Assembly: GCA_963755485.1 (NCBI GenBank)
Contig: CAVWJR010000002.1
Coordinates: forward strand, 12,514-76,513
DNA length: 64,000 nucleotides
DNA from: an uncultured Acidobacteriaceae bacterium
GTDB lineage: Bacteria > Acidobacteriota > Terriglobia > Terriglobales > Acidobacteriaceae
Direction: 5' to 3'
Shown: one piece after another, positions 26,882 through 38,185 of the stretch
Layout of the letters: each line of letters starts with the position of its first letter
Position numbering within the stretch: position 1 is the first letter of the stretch
The notes under the pieces: model-generated
Database searches by the model: none
What the model saw: only the letters and a program-made list of their open reading frames with translations
Told to the model about the DNA's origin: nothing
Program-made: the position numbers and the translations under genes

Positions 26882-28249
26882 GTGTATGTCCATAGCGTTG
26901 CCCAGTCAACAAAACCGCCTCAATCGAGTTCCCATGGCGGCGTCAAAGTCGCTGCTCTCTACGAAACAGGCTGTTACACTCGTGCCGAGAGCGCAGCCGT
27001 GACAGAAGAAGTCGAATTGCGAAGCCTGACCGCCCTCCTGGGAACGCCGATCACCAGCGTGCGTGGCCGTCTGCGCGGGCGCCTCAGGGACGTCGCCGTC
27101 GGCACCGGGGAAGAGGCAGGCCGGGTTGCTGGTTTAGTCCTCAAGACGCGCAAGGGCCTCGAAGTAGTCCGCAGCAAAGACGTACGCTGGACTCCCAGCG
27201 GCGCGCTTGAGCTTCGCCCCGATGCAGCGCTGAGCCCGCTTCAGGGAGACGAGAACTTCATCCTCCTGCGCCAGGATCTTCTGGATCGTCAGATCATCGA
27301 CGTTCACGGCCGCAAAGTTGTGCGTGTGAACGACGTCAATCTTCGCTGGCAATCCAACGGCAACGAACAACTCTGTGTCACCGAGGTCGAAGTTGGCTTG
27401 CGCGGGGCTGTACGGCGGCTGCTGAGCGGCACCCTGCCCAAGCGCACCCTCGAAAACCTCGTCGACAGGATCCCGGCTCGGGTCATCCCGTGGAATTTCG
27501 TCGACATGATCGAGGTGGACCCCGCGCGGCGCGTCAAGCTCAATATCGAGTACGAGCGGCTCGCCCAGCTGCACCCCTCTGATATCGCTGACATCCTCGA
27601 AGATCTGGCGCCTGCCGAGCGCGAAGCCGTTCTGCGCACGCTGGATGAAGAAGTCGCTGCTGAAACCCTGGAGGAAGTCGAGCCGAAACTACAGAAATCT
27701 TTGGTGCAGGCGCTCGATTCGGAAACAGCCGCCGGCATCGTTGAGGAAATGGATCCCTCAGCGGCTGCCGATCTCCTCGCCGAACTGTCTGATGAACGCT
27801 CCGAAGCCATTCTCGAGGAAATGGACCCCGAGGAGCGCCAGGAGGTTAAGGAACTCCTCGAGTTCCGCGAAGATTCCGCCGCAGGCCGCATGACCACCGA
27901 CTATGTGGCCGTGCCCCAGGCAGCAACCGTGGCCGATGGCATCCGCGCCCTGCGTGGTTTTGAGGGGGACCCTGAAACCGTGACCGAGATTTATCTAATC
28001 GACTCCGGCGAAGTCCTGCAGGGTGTGGTTCCCCTCGCGCACCTGGTTCTCGCTCGTCCCGAAACCCGACTCGACGTTCTCACCCAGCCGCGCGTAATCT
28101 CAGTCCGATCCGATCAGCACGAGAACGACGTCGCTGACCTCTTCGATAAGTACAACCTCCGCGCCCTGCCGGTCGTCGACAAAGCGGGTAAGCTGGTGGG
28201 CGTCGTCGAAGCAGATCATGTGATCGCGTTTCTGCGCGCACGAGTATAG
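26882..28249 (+). CDS. MgtE N-terminal-domain + tandem CBS protein lacking the MgtE membrane domain (the start is uncertain; an alternative is GTG 26999)
   Basis: PSDIADILEDLAPAEREAVLRTLDEEVAAETLEEV...AAGIVEEMDPSAAADLLAEL is the MgtE_N domain. The CBS pair (..MTTDYVAVPQAATVADGI.., ..NLRALPVVDKAGKLVGVV) follows. The ORF stops right after CBS2, and no TM segments are present. Confidence 0.8.
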   Translation: MYVHSVAQSTKPPQSSSHGGVKVAALYETGCYTRAESAAVTEEVELRSLTALLGTPITSVRGRLRGRLRDVAVGTGEEAGRVAGLVLKTRKGLEVVRSKDVRWTPSGALELRPDAALSPLQGDENFILLRQDLLDRQIIDVHGRKVVRVNDVNLRWQSNGNEQLCVTEVEVGLRGAVRRLLSGTLPKRTLENLVDRIPARVIPWNFVDMIEVDPARRVKLNIEYERLAQLHPSDIADILEDLAPAEREAVLRTLDEEVAAETLEEVEPKLQKSLVQALDSETAAGIVEEMDPSAAADLLAELSDERSEAILEEMDPEERQEVKELLEFREDSAAGRMTTDYVAVPQAATVADGIRALRGFEGDPETVTEIYLIDSGEVLQGVVPLAHLVLARPETRLDVLTQPRVISVRSDQHENDVADLFDKYNLRALPVVDKAGKLVGVVEADHVIAFLRARV

Positions 28250-28253
28250 GAAC

Positions 28254-28290
28254 GGGGCGGCAGGCTGACCTTCGCCCACCGCCCCATTTT
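28254..28290 (+). terminator. Stem-loop GGGGCGG-N18-CCGCCCC followed by ATTTTG
   Basis: Read directly. It begins 5 nt after the stop at 28249, between convergent genes. Confidence 0.5.
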
Positions 28291-28320
28291 GTAACCCGAG
28301 ACCTATATCTCAAAGCTGTC

Positions 28321-29259
<939 letters not shown>

Positions 29260-29346
29260 TTACGTAACACGCATTGCTGCTTAATATTCAGTCTCCGGGG
29301 CTAGCAGATTTTTTGCGCCGAAGGCGCGCCCGCCTGAATGGCAAAT

Positions 29347-30747
29347 TCACATGTTGCCGATCATGCGCGTCGCAAATTCGCTGGTCTTTACTTTGGTCGC
29401 ACCCTGCATCTGCCGCTCGAAGTCGTACGTTACATATTTTTGCTGGATCGTCTTCTCCATTGAGGTTTCAATCAGCTTTGCCGCCTCCGGCCATCCCAGA
29501 AAATCGAACATCATCACGCCCGAAAGCATCACCGACCCAGGATTGATGACGTCCTTATCGGCGTACTTCGGCGCTGTCCCATGCGTGGCCTCGAACACCG
29601 CGTATCCGTCGCCGATGTTCGCACCCGGTGCGATGCCCAGCCCGCCCACCTGCGCCGCGCACGCGTCGGAAATATAGTCGCCGTTGAGATTGGGACACGC
29701 CAGAATGCTGTACTCTTCGGGCCGGATGATCACCTGCTGGAAGATCGAGTCGGCGATGCGGTCGTTGATCAGGACCTTCTTCTTCCATGCCCCGTTGCCA
29801 TGCGTATTGCCGATCGTGTCCAGCACGCCTTTGATTTCCGCATACAGACCCTGGCGAAACTCATCGTTGCCGAACTCCAGACCCGGCTCGATCAGCGCGG
29901 CGTTCTGTTCGACCGTCAGTCCAGGATTTGCCTCGACATTCCCCAGGATCCAACTCTCGCGCTCCGTCACAACATCGCCGCGGAATTCCTGAACCGCGAC
30001 TTCATATCCCCACTCGCGAAACGCACCCTCGGTGAACTTCTGAATATTCCCCTTGTGCACCAGCGTCACGCTTTTCCGCCCCGTGGCCACAGCATGCCGG
30101 ATCGCGTAGCGCACTAGCCGCTTCGTTCCGAAGATCGAAATCGGCTTGATGCCAACGCCGGAATCTTCGCGGACCCTTTTCTTGCCGCCCTTCAGCATCT
30201 CGTCGTTCAGGAAGGCGATCAGCTTCTTTGCATCCGCCGTCCCCTCTTTGAATTCGATCCCGGCGTATACGTCTTCCGTATTCTCACGGAAGATCACGAC
30301 GTCCAGTTTTTCCGGACGCTTCACCGGCGACGGAACACCAGCGTAGTACTTCACCGGGCGCACACACGCGTACAAATCCATAATCTGCCGGAGCGCCACG
30401 TTGAGCGAGCGAATCCCTCCGCCCACCGGCGTCGTCAGCGGCCCTTTAATCGAAACGCGCAGGTCTGTTGCGGCCTTCACCGAATCGTCCGGCAACCAGT
30501 TTTTGAACTCGCGGAATGCCTTTTCGCCCGCGTAAATCTCGAACCACTTCACGGCGCGCTTTCCGCCGTACGCTTTCTCCACCGCGGCGTCAAAAACCCG
30601 CTGCGAAGCGCGCCAGATGTCTCGCCCGGTGCCGTCGCCTTCGATGAACGGAATGATCGGATGATCGGGAACGGTGTACTTCCCGTTGGCATACTGGATC
30701 GCCTCGCCTTCTTTGGGCAGAGTCAATCCGTTATAGCTGGTCTGCAT
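29347..30747 (-). CDS. icd: NADP-dependent isocitrate dehydrogenase
   Basis: [45 protein letters not shown]..., with [18 protein letters not shown] and GTAPKYA. The start is placed at ATG 30747, which is M40 of the track ORF. Confidence 0.92.
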   Translation of the reverse strand: MQTSYNGLTLPKEGEAIQYANGKYTVPDHPIIPFIEGDGTGRDIWRASQRVFDAAVEKAYGGKRAVKWFEIYAGEKAFREFKNWLPDDSVKAATDLRVSIKGPLTTPVGGGIRSLNVALRQIMDLYACVRPVKYYAGVPSPVKRPEKLDVVIFRENTEDVYAGIEFKEGTADAKKLIAFLNDEMLKGGKKRVREDSGVGIKPISIFGTKRLVRYAIRHAVATGRKSVTLVHKGNIQKFTEGAFREWGYEVAVQEFRGDVVTERESWILGNVEANPGLTVEQNAALIEPGLEFGNDEFRQGLYAEIKGVLDTIGNTHGNGAWKKKVLINDRIADSIFQQVIIRPEEYSILACPNLNGDYISDACAAQVGGLGIAPGANIGDGYAVFEATHGTAPKYADKDVINPGSVMLSGVMMFDFLGWPEAAKLIETSMEKTIQQKYVTYDFERQMQGATKVKTSEFATRMIGNM

Positions 30748-30870
30748 GTGTGCTGATTTCCTTCGTTGATTGGCTTCAAAATGGAAGAATCGAATACCCA
30801 AGCTAACACCCCGCAAACTTGCAAAGCAACGGCAGACCAGCCGAGATCTGCTCAGCGGTAACATGAAGAC

Positions 30871-31989
30871 ATGCGCTTGCCGTTGCTCAGAATCGTGTGG
30901 CTTCTCGCTGTTTCTCTCATCGGATTTTCGGGTTCATCCGTCAGGGCTCAGACCGGGCCGGTTCGCGTGGCCATCGTCGGCCTTGAACACGGCCACGTCA
31001 CTGGTTTCCTCCAGCAGTTCCCCAACCAGCACGAGACGCAACTGGTGGGCGTGGTGGATGCCGACGCTGCACTGCGCACCAAGTACGAGCAGCAGTTTCA
31101 CCTCGATCCCAGCCTCTTTTACCCGACCCTGGACGATCTCTTCGCTCACCAGCAGCCGCAGGCGCTGCTTGTCTACACCTCCATCAGCCAGCATCGACGC
31201 GTCATCGAGGCCGCGGCCGCCCACAACATCGCCGTTATGGTCGAAAAGCCGCTGACGCTTTCACTCGAAGACGCGCTCGCCATTCGCCGCGTCGCCCGCG
31301 AACACCACATTCACGTTCTCGTGAATTATGAAACGACCTGGTACCCCAGCAACCGCGCCGTCTACGATCTGCTGCAGCACGGCTCGCTCGGTGAACTTCG
31401 CAAAGCGGTGATCCACGACGGCCACCAGGGCCCCAAAGAAATCGGCGTGCAGCCCGAATTTCTGCAGTGGCTCACTGACCCCGCTCAAAACGGCGCGGGC
31501 GCTCTCTACGACTTCGGCTGCTACGGCGCCGACCTCATGACCTGGTTCATGCACGGTGAAGCTCCGCTCAGTGTCACTGCCGTCGCGCAGACCGATAAAC
31601 CCGACATCTATCCGCATGTCGATGACGATGCTACCGTGATCCTCCGTTACCCACGTGCGCAGGCGGTGCTCATGCCTTCCTGGGACTGGACCTTCGCCCG
31701 CAAAGATACCGAAGTCTACGGAACGAAGGGCTACGCGATTGCCGTCAACGCCACTACTATCCGCGAACGCGTCGCCGAAGCCTCACCGGAAGTCGCTCTC
31801 AAGATCCCGGCACTCACGCCGCCGGAGGACACGTCCCTCCACTACCTTGCCGCCGTCGTCCGCGGCCAACTCGATCCGGATCATGACCTCACTTCTCTCG
31901 ACACGAACATGGTCGTGATACAGATTCTCGACGCCGCTCGTGAGTCGGCGCGCACGGGAAAAACCGTTACCCTTCGTCCGCTCCCATAA
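30871..31989 (+). CDS. Secreted Gfo/Idh/MocA-family oxidoreductase
   Basis: A signal peptide is followed by [13 protein letters not shown] and ..AVMVEKPL.., the Rossmann and EKP motifs of the family. Confidence 0.8.
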   Translation: MRLPLLRIVWLLAVSLIGFSGSSVRAQTGPVRVAIVGLEHGHVTGFLQQFPNQHETQLVGVVDADAALRTKYEQQFHLDPSLFYPTLDDLFAHQQPQALLVYTSISQHRRVIEAAAAHNIAVMVEKPLTLSLEDALAIRRVAREHHIHVLVNYETTWYPSNRAVYDLLQHGSLGELRKAVIHDGHQGPKEIGVQPEFLQWLTDPAQNGAGALYDFGCYGADLMTWFMHGEAPLSVTAVAQTDKPDIYPHVDDDATVILRYPRAQAVLMPSWDWTFARKDTEVYGTKGYAIAVNATTIRERVAEASPEVALKIPALTPPEDTSLHYLAAVVRGQLDPDHDLTSLDTNMVVIQILDAARESARTGKTVTLRPLP

Positions 31990-32017
31990 CCGGTCGCAAC
32001 CCGGCGTATTCTGAAGT

Positions 32018-32881
32018 GTGATCCGTCTGCGCGCGTTTTCCGTCTGCTCGGCGTTCCTGCTCACCGTCTGCTCGGTGCACGCCCAGTATTCCGCCGATCG
32101 CCCCGTCGGCACCACCGCCCAGCAGGCGCCTGCGTGGCAGAAAAACGCCGGCATCGATCAGAACCTCAATCGTCCGCTCCCGCTCAGCGACGCGTTCGTG
32201 GACGAATCCGGCCACAATGTCAGGCTCGGCGATCTCTTCAGCCACAACCGCCCGGTCATGATGGCCCTGATGTACTACAACTGCCAGATGCTCTGTCCTC
32301 AGGTTCTGCATGGTATGGCTGCAGCTCTTCGCCAGAGCGGATTTCATGCCGGCCAGGAATATGACGTCGTCGTGGCCAGCATCGACCCCTCCGACACGCC
32401 GGCCGATTCCGCTTCAGAGAAGCAGCACTTTCTCTCTATGATCGACGCCTCGGACTCGCAGGCGGCCGCGGCGTCGGTCCACTTTCTGACTGGCCCTCAG
32501 GCGTCCATCACCGATCTTGCCCAGGCCACAGGCTTTCACTACGTCCGCGTGCCTGGCCCCGACGGCAAGCTGAATCAGTTCGCGCACTCGAGCGTCATCA
32601 TGATCGCCACACCGGATGGCCGGATGTCGAAATACCTCTTCGGCGTCGACTATCAGCCGCGCGATGTGCGCCTCGCCATTATCCAGGCCAGTTCGCACCA
32701 CATAGGCACGCTGAGCGACCTGGTGCTGCTCTATTGCTGCAGCTATTCGCCCAGTCAGGGCCGTTACACGGTCGCTGTTCTGCGCATTCTCGGCCTCGCC
32801 GGCGTGGGCTCTGTGCTCGCCATCATCGCGATGCTGTGGCTGCTCTCCAAAAAGCCGAAGAACATGCCCGTCGGCGTTTGA
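32018..32881 (+). CDS. SCO1/SenC-family copper chaperone / thioredoxin-like protein with a C-terminal TM anchor
   Basis: VMMALMYYNCQMLCPQVL carries the CxxxC motif. SVHFLTG and ..FAHSSVIMIATPDGR.. are also present. The start codon is GTG. Confidence 0.78.
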   Translation: MIRLRAFSVCSAFLLTVCSVHAQYSADRPVGTTAQQAPAWQKNAGIDQNLNRPLPLSDAFVDESGHNVRLGDLFSHNRPVMMALMYYNCQMLCPQVLHGMAAALRQSGFHAGQEYDVVVASIDPSDTPADSASEKQHFLSMIDASDSQAAAASVHFLTGPQASITDLAQATGFHYVRVPGPDGKLNQFAHSSVIMIATPDGRMSKYLFGVDYQPRDVRLAIIQASSHHIGTLSDLVLLYCCSYSPSQGRYTVAVLRILGLAGVGSVLAIIAMLWLLSKKPKNMPVGV

Positions 32882-32952
32882 CTCCCTGCACCCACGAATT
32901 TAAGCGACACCTTTCAGTTCTCGCTCATCCCACCACCGGAGGAGATTCGGCG

Positions 32953-33864
32953 ATGAAAGCGGTGGTTCTCTACGAATACGGCGACGTCAGCAAACTCGAG
33001 TTCAAAACCGATCAGCAGGTTCCGCAGTTCGGTCCGGACGAGGTCCTCGTCCGCATTCACGCCACCAGCATTAACCCTATCGACTGGAAGCTCCGCAGCG
33101 GCGCGACGCGCGCCCGCTTTCCACTCCAGTTTCCCGCGATCCTCGGGCGCGATCTCGCCGGCGAAGTCGCTGACCTCGGCAGCAGCGTCACGAAATTCCG
33201 AAAGGGCCAGCGCGTCATGGCGCTCACCAACGCTACCTACGCTGAGTACGCCACCGTGAAGGCCGATGTCCTCGCGCTCATTCCCGACGGCCTCAGCTAC
33301 GAACAGGCCGCGGCTCTGCCCCTTGTGCTCACTACGGGCGCGCAGTTGATCGAGCGTGGCGTCATGCCGCAACCGGGCTGGATCGTCCTCGTCACCGGGG
33401 CGGTCGGCGGCGTCGGCCGCACCGCGGTCCACGTCGCCCGTCAGCACGGCGCTCGCGTCATCGCCGGAGTCAAATCCTCGCAGCGCGAGGAAGCTTCAAA
33501 GCTCGGCGCCGAACGGGTTGTGGCCCTCGATGACGACAAGGACGTTGCCACACTACGGGACCTCGATGCGATCGCCGACACCGTCAACGGTGAAACCATT
33601 GCCAAGCTGCTGAAGACCCTCAAGCCGGGCGGCGTTCTTGGCTCCGTCCTCGGCGAACCGAAAGACGCGGCCGGCAAAAATATTCAGGTGCACGCCATTC
33701 AGGCGCAACCGGACGCCCCGCGCCTTTACCAACTGGCCGAGGATGTCGCCCGCGGAGAATTCACTATTCCCATTGCCCGAGTTTTCCGCCTGGAAGAAGT
33801 CCGCAAAGCCCAGGATTTCGCCGAGAATCAGCACCCCAATGGCAAAGTTTTGATGGTTGTCTGA
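32953..33864 (+). CDS. NADPH:quinone oxidoreductase / zinc-type alcohol dehydrogenase superfamily (MDR)
   Basis: MKAVVLYEYGDVSKLEF...DEVLVRIHATSINPIDWKLRSG... and VLVTGAVGGVGRTAVHVA. The start at ATG 32953 lies within track ORF 32734... Confidence 0.85.
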   Translation: MKAVVLYEYGDVSKLEFKTDQQVPQFGPDEVLVRIHATSINPIDWKLRSGATRARFPLQFPAILGRDLAGEVADLGSSVTKFRKGQRVMALTNATYAEYATVKADVLALIPDGLSYEQAAALPLVLTTGAQLIERGVMPQPGWIVLVTGAVGGVGRTAVHVARQHGARVIAGVKSSQREEASKLGAERVVALDDDKDVATLRDLDAIADTVNGETIAKLLKTLKPGGVLGSVLGEPKDAAGKNIQVHAIQAQPDAPRLYQLAEDVARGEFTIPIARVFRLEEVRKAQDFAENQHPNGKVLMVV

Positions 33865-33886
33865 ATGGAATCACAGCTCTGACGAA

Positions 33887-34717
33887 TTAACGGCGCGAAG
33901 CGGCGGCGGCCAGTCCGTTGGTTGCCTCCGCTGCTTCCTGCTTTTGAGTCTCGGCGCCGCGTTCGGCGACCTGATTCCGCACCATCATCGCCGCCACATA
34001 GGCCGCGCCAAAACCGTTGTCGATATTGACGACGCACACATTGGGCGAGCACGAGTTCAACATGCCCAGCAGCGCGGCAATGCCACCGAAAGCGGCGCCA
34101 TATCCCACGCTCGTCGGCACCGCAATCACCGGCGCGGCCACCAGGCCTCCCACGACGCTGGGCAGCGCGCCTTCCATTCCGGCGCACACAATTACCGCCC
34201 GCGCCGTGTTGAGCCCATCGCGAGCTGCCAGTATCCGGTGCAGACCTGCCACGCCCACATCCCAAATGCGCGTTACTTCGAGGCCCAGATACTCGGCCGT
34301 GGTCGCTGCTTCTTCGGCAACCGGCAAATCGCTCGTCCCTGCGCACACTACCGCCACCGGTCCGAACTTCTCGCTGTCACTGCCGGCTCGGAGTCCGATA
34401 ATCCTTGCCTGCCCGTGATATTCCGCCTCCGGTACCCGCACCTTCACCGCTGCATAAGCATCCGCGCTGGCCCTCGTCGCCAGAACGCTGCCTCCGGCCG
34501 CAGACATCCGCGCAAAAATCTCTGCCACCTGCGCAGGAGTCTTCCCCGCCGCGTAAATGACTTCCGGCAACCCCAGCCGGAGCGCCCGATGATGGTCGAT
34601 CCTCGCAAATCCCGTGTCCTCGTAGGGCAGTCTTGCCAGATCGCGCAACGCATCCGCCGGCGTCGTAGCGCCAGACTGCACGCTCTCGAGCAATTGCAAA
34701 ATCGTCTCGCGCGTCAT
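33887..34717 (-). CDS. larB: Nickel-pincer cofactor biosynthesis protein LarB (PurE-like NaAD carboxylase/hydrolase)
   Basis: ...IDHHRALRLGLPEVIYAAGKT..., VAVVCAGTSDLPVAEEA, CAGMEGALPSVVGGL and NIDNGFGAA. Its ATG overlaps the larC stop. Confidence 0.88.
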   Translation of the reverse strand: MTRETILQLLESVQSGATTPADALRDLARLPYEDTGFARIDHHRALRLGLPEVIYAAGKTPAQVAEIFARMSAAGGSVLATRASADAYAAVKVRVPEAEYHGQARIIGLRAGSDSEKFGPVAVVCAGTSDLPVAEEAATTAEYLGLEVTRIWDVGVAGLHRILAARDGLNTARAVIVCAGMEGALPSVVGGLVAAPVIAVPTSVGYGAAFGGIAALLGMLNSCSPNVCVVNIDNGFGAAYVAAMMVRNQVAERGAETQKQEAAEATNGLAAAASRR

Positions 34718-36039
34718 GCCTTTGCCTTCGCGGCGTTCATCTCCTTATAAGCCGTGATGGCCGTCTCCATCACGGCTCGCAAGGCTACATCGTGCTCGCG
34801 TGCCGCTCGCCGGCAGTCCTCATATTCCGGCATCGCGTTCAGAATCTCGCCACCAGCAGACGCGATCTTCATCCGCACTCTGCCGAATTGCGTCTCGACG
34901 GTTACAAATTCCCGCTCCAGAATCACGCGCTCTTCCTCGCGTCTCCGGATGCCCAGCGTCGTCGTCTCACGAAAGAGCAGCTTCTCCAGATCAGCTTCGT
35001 TTTCGGGCTTGCACAGCACCGTCAGCAGCGTTCCCAGGCGTCCTTTCTTCATCGTGGCCGGTGTCGCCATCACATCCAGCGCGCCATGCTCCAGCGCCAG
35101 TTCCAGTGCGTGGGCCAGGACCTGGGGAGTCGCGTCGTCCATCGCACATTCCAGAACCACCACTTGATCGCCGGAAAAAAACCGTCCCACACTTTCTCGT
35201 TCCTCTGCCGTTCCGACCGACAGCCGCAGCACGTTGGCGAATCCTTCCGGATTCCGTCCGCCAGCTCCGTAACCAATCGCGCTTACCACCATCGGCCCCT
35301 GCGCCTCGAACTCGCAGCCCAGCGCGCGCAGCATCGCCGCGCCTGTCGGCGTCGTCAGTTCCATCTGGGGTCCCACCGAATACGTCGGCACCCCCTTCAG
35401 CAGCTCCGCCGTCGCAGGCGCCGGCACCGGCATCCTGCCATGCGCGCAGTTCACGAACCCACTGCCCACATTCACAGCCGTGCAGCGCCACTTCTCTACG
35501 CCCAGTGAGTCCAGTCCAACCGCGCCACACACAATGTCGGTAATCGCATCCACCGCTCCGACCTCGTGAAAATGCACACCCTCCCGCGCGATGCCATGCA
35601 CCTTTCCCTCAGCTTCCGCCAGCAGCTCGAAGGCACGAAGGGCAATTTTCTTTGCGCTCGCCGTCAACTCCGCCGCCAAAATCAGTTTGCGGATCTCCGG
35701 CCAGTGACGGCCGTGAGCATGTCCGGCATTGTGTGTGTGCGTGTGGCCTTCGCTCGGTGTGTCCGAGTGGTGGTGGTGCGAGTTCCCGCCTTCATGTGGA
35801 TGCTTGTCCGACCCCGCATCCTCGGCGAGCTCACCATTCTCAAGAACATCGACTTTGGTCGCGCGAATTCCGCCGCGTACGACCGAATGCACCCGCAGCT
35901 CCGCGCTAATCTTCAGTGCCTTCGCCGCATTTTGCAGCAGCTCCGCCGGCACACCGGCATCGATCAGAGCACCCAGCAACATGTCTCCCGAGATCCCCGC
36001 AAAGCAGTCGATGGTTCCAATCTTCATAGGAAAACTCAA
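34714..36039 (-). CDS. larC: Nickel insertion protein LarC (UPF0272), encoded as a single unsplit ORF
   Basis: FDCFAGISGDMLLGALIDAGV... and the His-rich segment DKHPHEGGNSHHHHSDTPSEGHTHTHNAGHAHGRH, with ..HFHEVGAVDAI... The length is 441 aa. Confidence 0.88.
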   Translation of the reverse strand: MSFPMKIGTIDCFAGISGDMLLGALIDAGVPAELLQNAAKALKISAELRVHSVVRGGIRATKVDVLENGELAEDAGSDKHPHEGGNSHHHHSDTPSEGHTHTHNAGHAHGRHWPEIRKLILAAELTASAKKIALRAFELLAEAEGKVHGIAREGVHFHEVGAVDAITDIVCGAVGLDSLGVEKWRCTAVNVGSGFVNCAHGRMPVPAPATAELLKGVPTYSVGPQMELTTPTGAAMLRALGCEFEAQGPMVVSAIGYGAGGRNPEGFANVLRLSVGTAEERESVGRFFSGDQVVVLECAMDDATPQVLAHALELALEHGALDVMATPATMKKGRLGTLLTVLCKPENEADLEKLLFRETTTLGIRRREEERVILEREFVTVETQFGRVRMKIASAGGEILNAMPEYEDCRRAAREHDVALRAVMETAITAYKEMNAAKAKA

Positions 36040-36887
36040 GAGACCCGGGTCCCGTTGCGCCTGTTTCCCGCCAGCATCTCGGCCGGCAACAGGTCATTCA
36101 TTGAGCCGGACCGGTACCCGTCGCAGTCCACCGCAACATAAGGAAACCCCGCGCTCCGCACGGCCGCAGCTATCCTGCGGAAAAACTCCGGAGCGAGCGC
36201 CGCCGCCATCTCCTCTTCGGCAATTTCAATTCTCGCCACGCTGCCGTGATGCCGAACGCGAAACCTGTGCAGCCCCAGTTCCCGCAGCGCTTCCTCCGCA
36301 TCTTCCACCTGGCGGAGCGCCTCCGTCGTCACGCGTCGCCCATACTCAATACGCGACGACAGGCACGCCGACGCTGGCTTGTCCCACACCCGAAGCCCGG
36401 CCGCCTGCGCCAGCTCGCGAATATCCGCTTTGCTCAATCGCGCACCCGCCAGCGGCGCAACCACCCGATGCTCCGCCGCCGCTTTCTGCCCGGGACGAAA
36501 ATCCTTCCCGTCATCGAGATTCAGGCCATACGCAACCGCGGCGAATCCACGCTCCTCGCGCTCGGCTTCGAGCACCGTGAAAAGCTCATCCTTGCAGTAG
36601 AAGCAGCGGTTGCCGTCATTCGCCGCATAGGCCTCGCGCTCCAGTTCTTTTGTCTCCAGAACCAGCAGCGGGATCCCATTCTCCTCGGCAAACGCCAGCG
36701 CGTCGCGATAATGGCTCCTCGCCAGGGACGCCGAATCGGCGATGGCTGCCACCATCTTCTCGCCCAGGATTCGATGCGCCGCCCACGCCAGATACGCCGA
36801 GTCCACACCGCCGGAATACGCCACGATCACGCTCTCCAGCCCGCGCAGCCGCGCTTCCAGCGCCGCCTGTTTATCCTCAAGCGTCAT
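36036..36887 (-). CDS. larE: ATP-dependent sacrificial sulfur transferase LarE (PP-loop ATPase)
   Basis: VIVAYSGGVDSAYLA is the PP-loop. NRCFYCKDELF is also present. The stop overlaps the larC start. Confidence 0.88.
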   Translation of the reverse strand: MTLEDKQAALEARLRGLESVIVAYSGGVDSAYLAWAAHRILGEKMVAAIADSASLARSHYRDALAFAEENGIPLLVLETKELEREAYAANDGNRCFYCKDELFTVLEAEREERGFAAVAYGLNLDDGKDFRPGQKAAAEHRVVAPLAGARLSKADIRELAQAAGLRVWDKPASACLSSRIEYGRRVTTEALRQVEDAEEALRELGLHRFRVRHHGSVARIEIAEEEMAAALAPEFFRRIAAAVRSAGFPYVAVDCDGYRSGSMNDLLPAEMLAGNRRNGTRVS

Positions 36888-36994
36888 CTCTTGCCACCTG
36901 CTTTCTCATCCTACCCCCGCCCCGCCTCAGCCGGAAATTCGCACATCCCAGTTCAGATGCGCGAACCACACCCTAAATCTGGGAAGATAGAAAT

Positions 36995-38185
36995 GTGGCG
37001 ATGCCCCACGCAGCCATCATCCTGAGCCCGGAGGAACGGCTTGCCCGCAGGCAACTCATCCTGCGGGACGCTTTCTCTCTTCTCACACTCTTCGTTATCA
37101 CCGCGGTCATTTTCATTCTCACCTTGTTTCTGTTTCGGTCCTTCACCAGCCACCGTCAGGAGCTCGGCGTACGATGGAAAACCCGCGGAGAGGCAGCCTT
37201 GCGCGCCGGCCACCCGGAGATCGCCATTGACGATCTTCGCTCCGCCCTGGCTTACGTTCCCGATCGCGCCACCGAAATCGAACTGGCCACGGCCCTCGCT
37301 GACGCCGGCAGGACCCAGGAAGCAACCGCCTACTTCACGACCCTTTGGGAATCGGCGCCCGGCGACGGCACCATCAACCTCGAGCTCGCTCGTCTCGCCG
37401 CCAGAGAGGGGAAAGAATCCCAGACCATCCTGCACTACCAGGCTGCGCTGGATGGCACCTGGCAGGGCAATGGCTACGATCGACGGCGAGAGGTCCGTCT
37501 GGAAATGGCGCGTTATCTCATTTCCCGGCATGAGTACAATCCCGCGCGCACGCAGCTCCTTATCGCCTCCGGCAATGCCCCCGATAACCCAGCCATCAAG
37601 TTGGAGATTGCCGGCCTCCTCGAACAGGCCAACGCCCCGCAGGACGCCCTTGGTATCTACCGGACTCTGTCTGCCCGTCGAGACGCGCCCGTTGCCGCCC
37701 TCGAAGGAGCCGGCCGTACCGCTTTCGCCCTGGGCATGTACCGCCTGGCTTTCGACTTCATGAATCGCACGCTCGCCGCCCCAGGTGCCTCGCAATTCTC
37801 CGCCCAGGAGAAAGCCGCAGACCATTTCGTGCTCGATACCTCAGCCCATGTCCTGGCGCTCTATCCGGCTTTCGACCTCGCCCCCCATGTTCGCGCCGAA
37901 CGCGTGCTCGCGATCAGGAATCTCGCCCGCCAGCGACTGAGTGCCTGCGCCAGCGCAAATCCCTCGGCTCCGCCGAAACTCTCCGGCCTGGTTTATGGGT
38001 GGGGTCAGCTCCCCGCTGAAATGACCGCCCGGCAGCTGGAACAGAACCCCGATTTGGAGCAGAGCATTCTGCATCTGGCATGGGACACCGAAACCGTAGC
38101 CGCTCAGGCTTGCGGTCCGCCTACCGGTGACGACGCTATTTTGCTCCTGATTGCACGCGACCCCTATGCGGTGGAGCAGCAATGA
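36995..38185 (+). CDS. Membrane-anchored TPR-like repeat protein; function unknown
   Basis: One N-terminal TM segment (LLTLFVITAVIFILTLFLF) is followed by helical TPR-like repeats (..AIDDLRSALAYVPD..QEATAYFTTLWE..). The stop overlaps the ClC start (ATGA). Confidence 0.6.
   Translation: MAMPHAAIILSPEERLARRQLILRDAFSLLTLFVITAVIFILTLFLFRSFTSHRQELGVRWKTRGEAALRAGHPEIAIDDLRSALAYVPDRATEIELATALADAGRTQEATAYFTTLWESAPGDGTINLELARLAAREGKESQTILHYQAALDGTWQGNGYDRRREVRLEMARYLISRHEYNPARTQLLIASGNAPDNPAIKLEIAGLLEQANAPQDALGIYRTLSARRDAPVAALEGAGRTAFALGMYRLAFDFMNRTLAAPGASQFSAQEKAADHFVLDTSAHVLALYPAFDLAPHVRAERVLAIRNLARQRLSACASANPSAPPKLSGLVYGWGQLPAEMTARQLEQNPDLEQSILHLAWDTETVAAQACGPPTGDDAILLLIARDPYAVEQQ

Noticed and set aside
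34714-36039. Programmed frameshift in larC, as in L. plantarum larC1/larC2
   Set aside because: larC is one uninterrupted 441-aa ORF here, so no recoding is needed.
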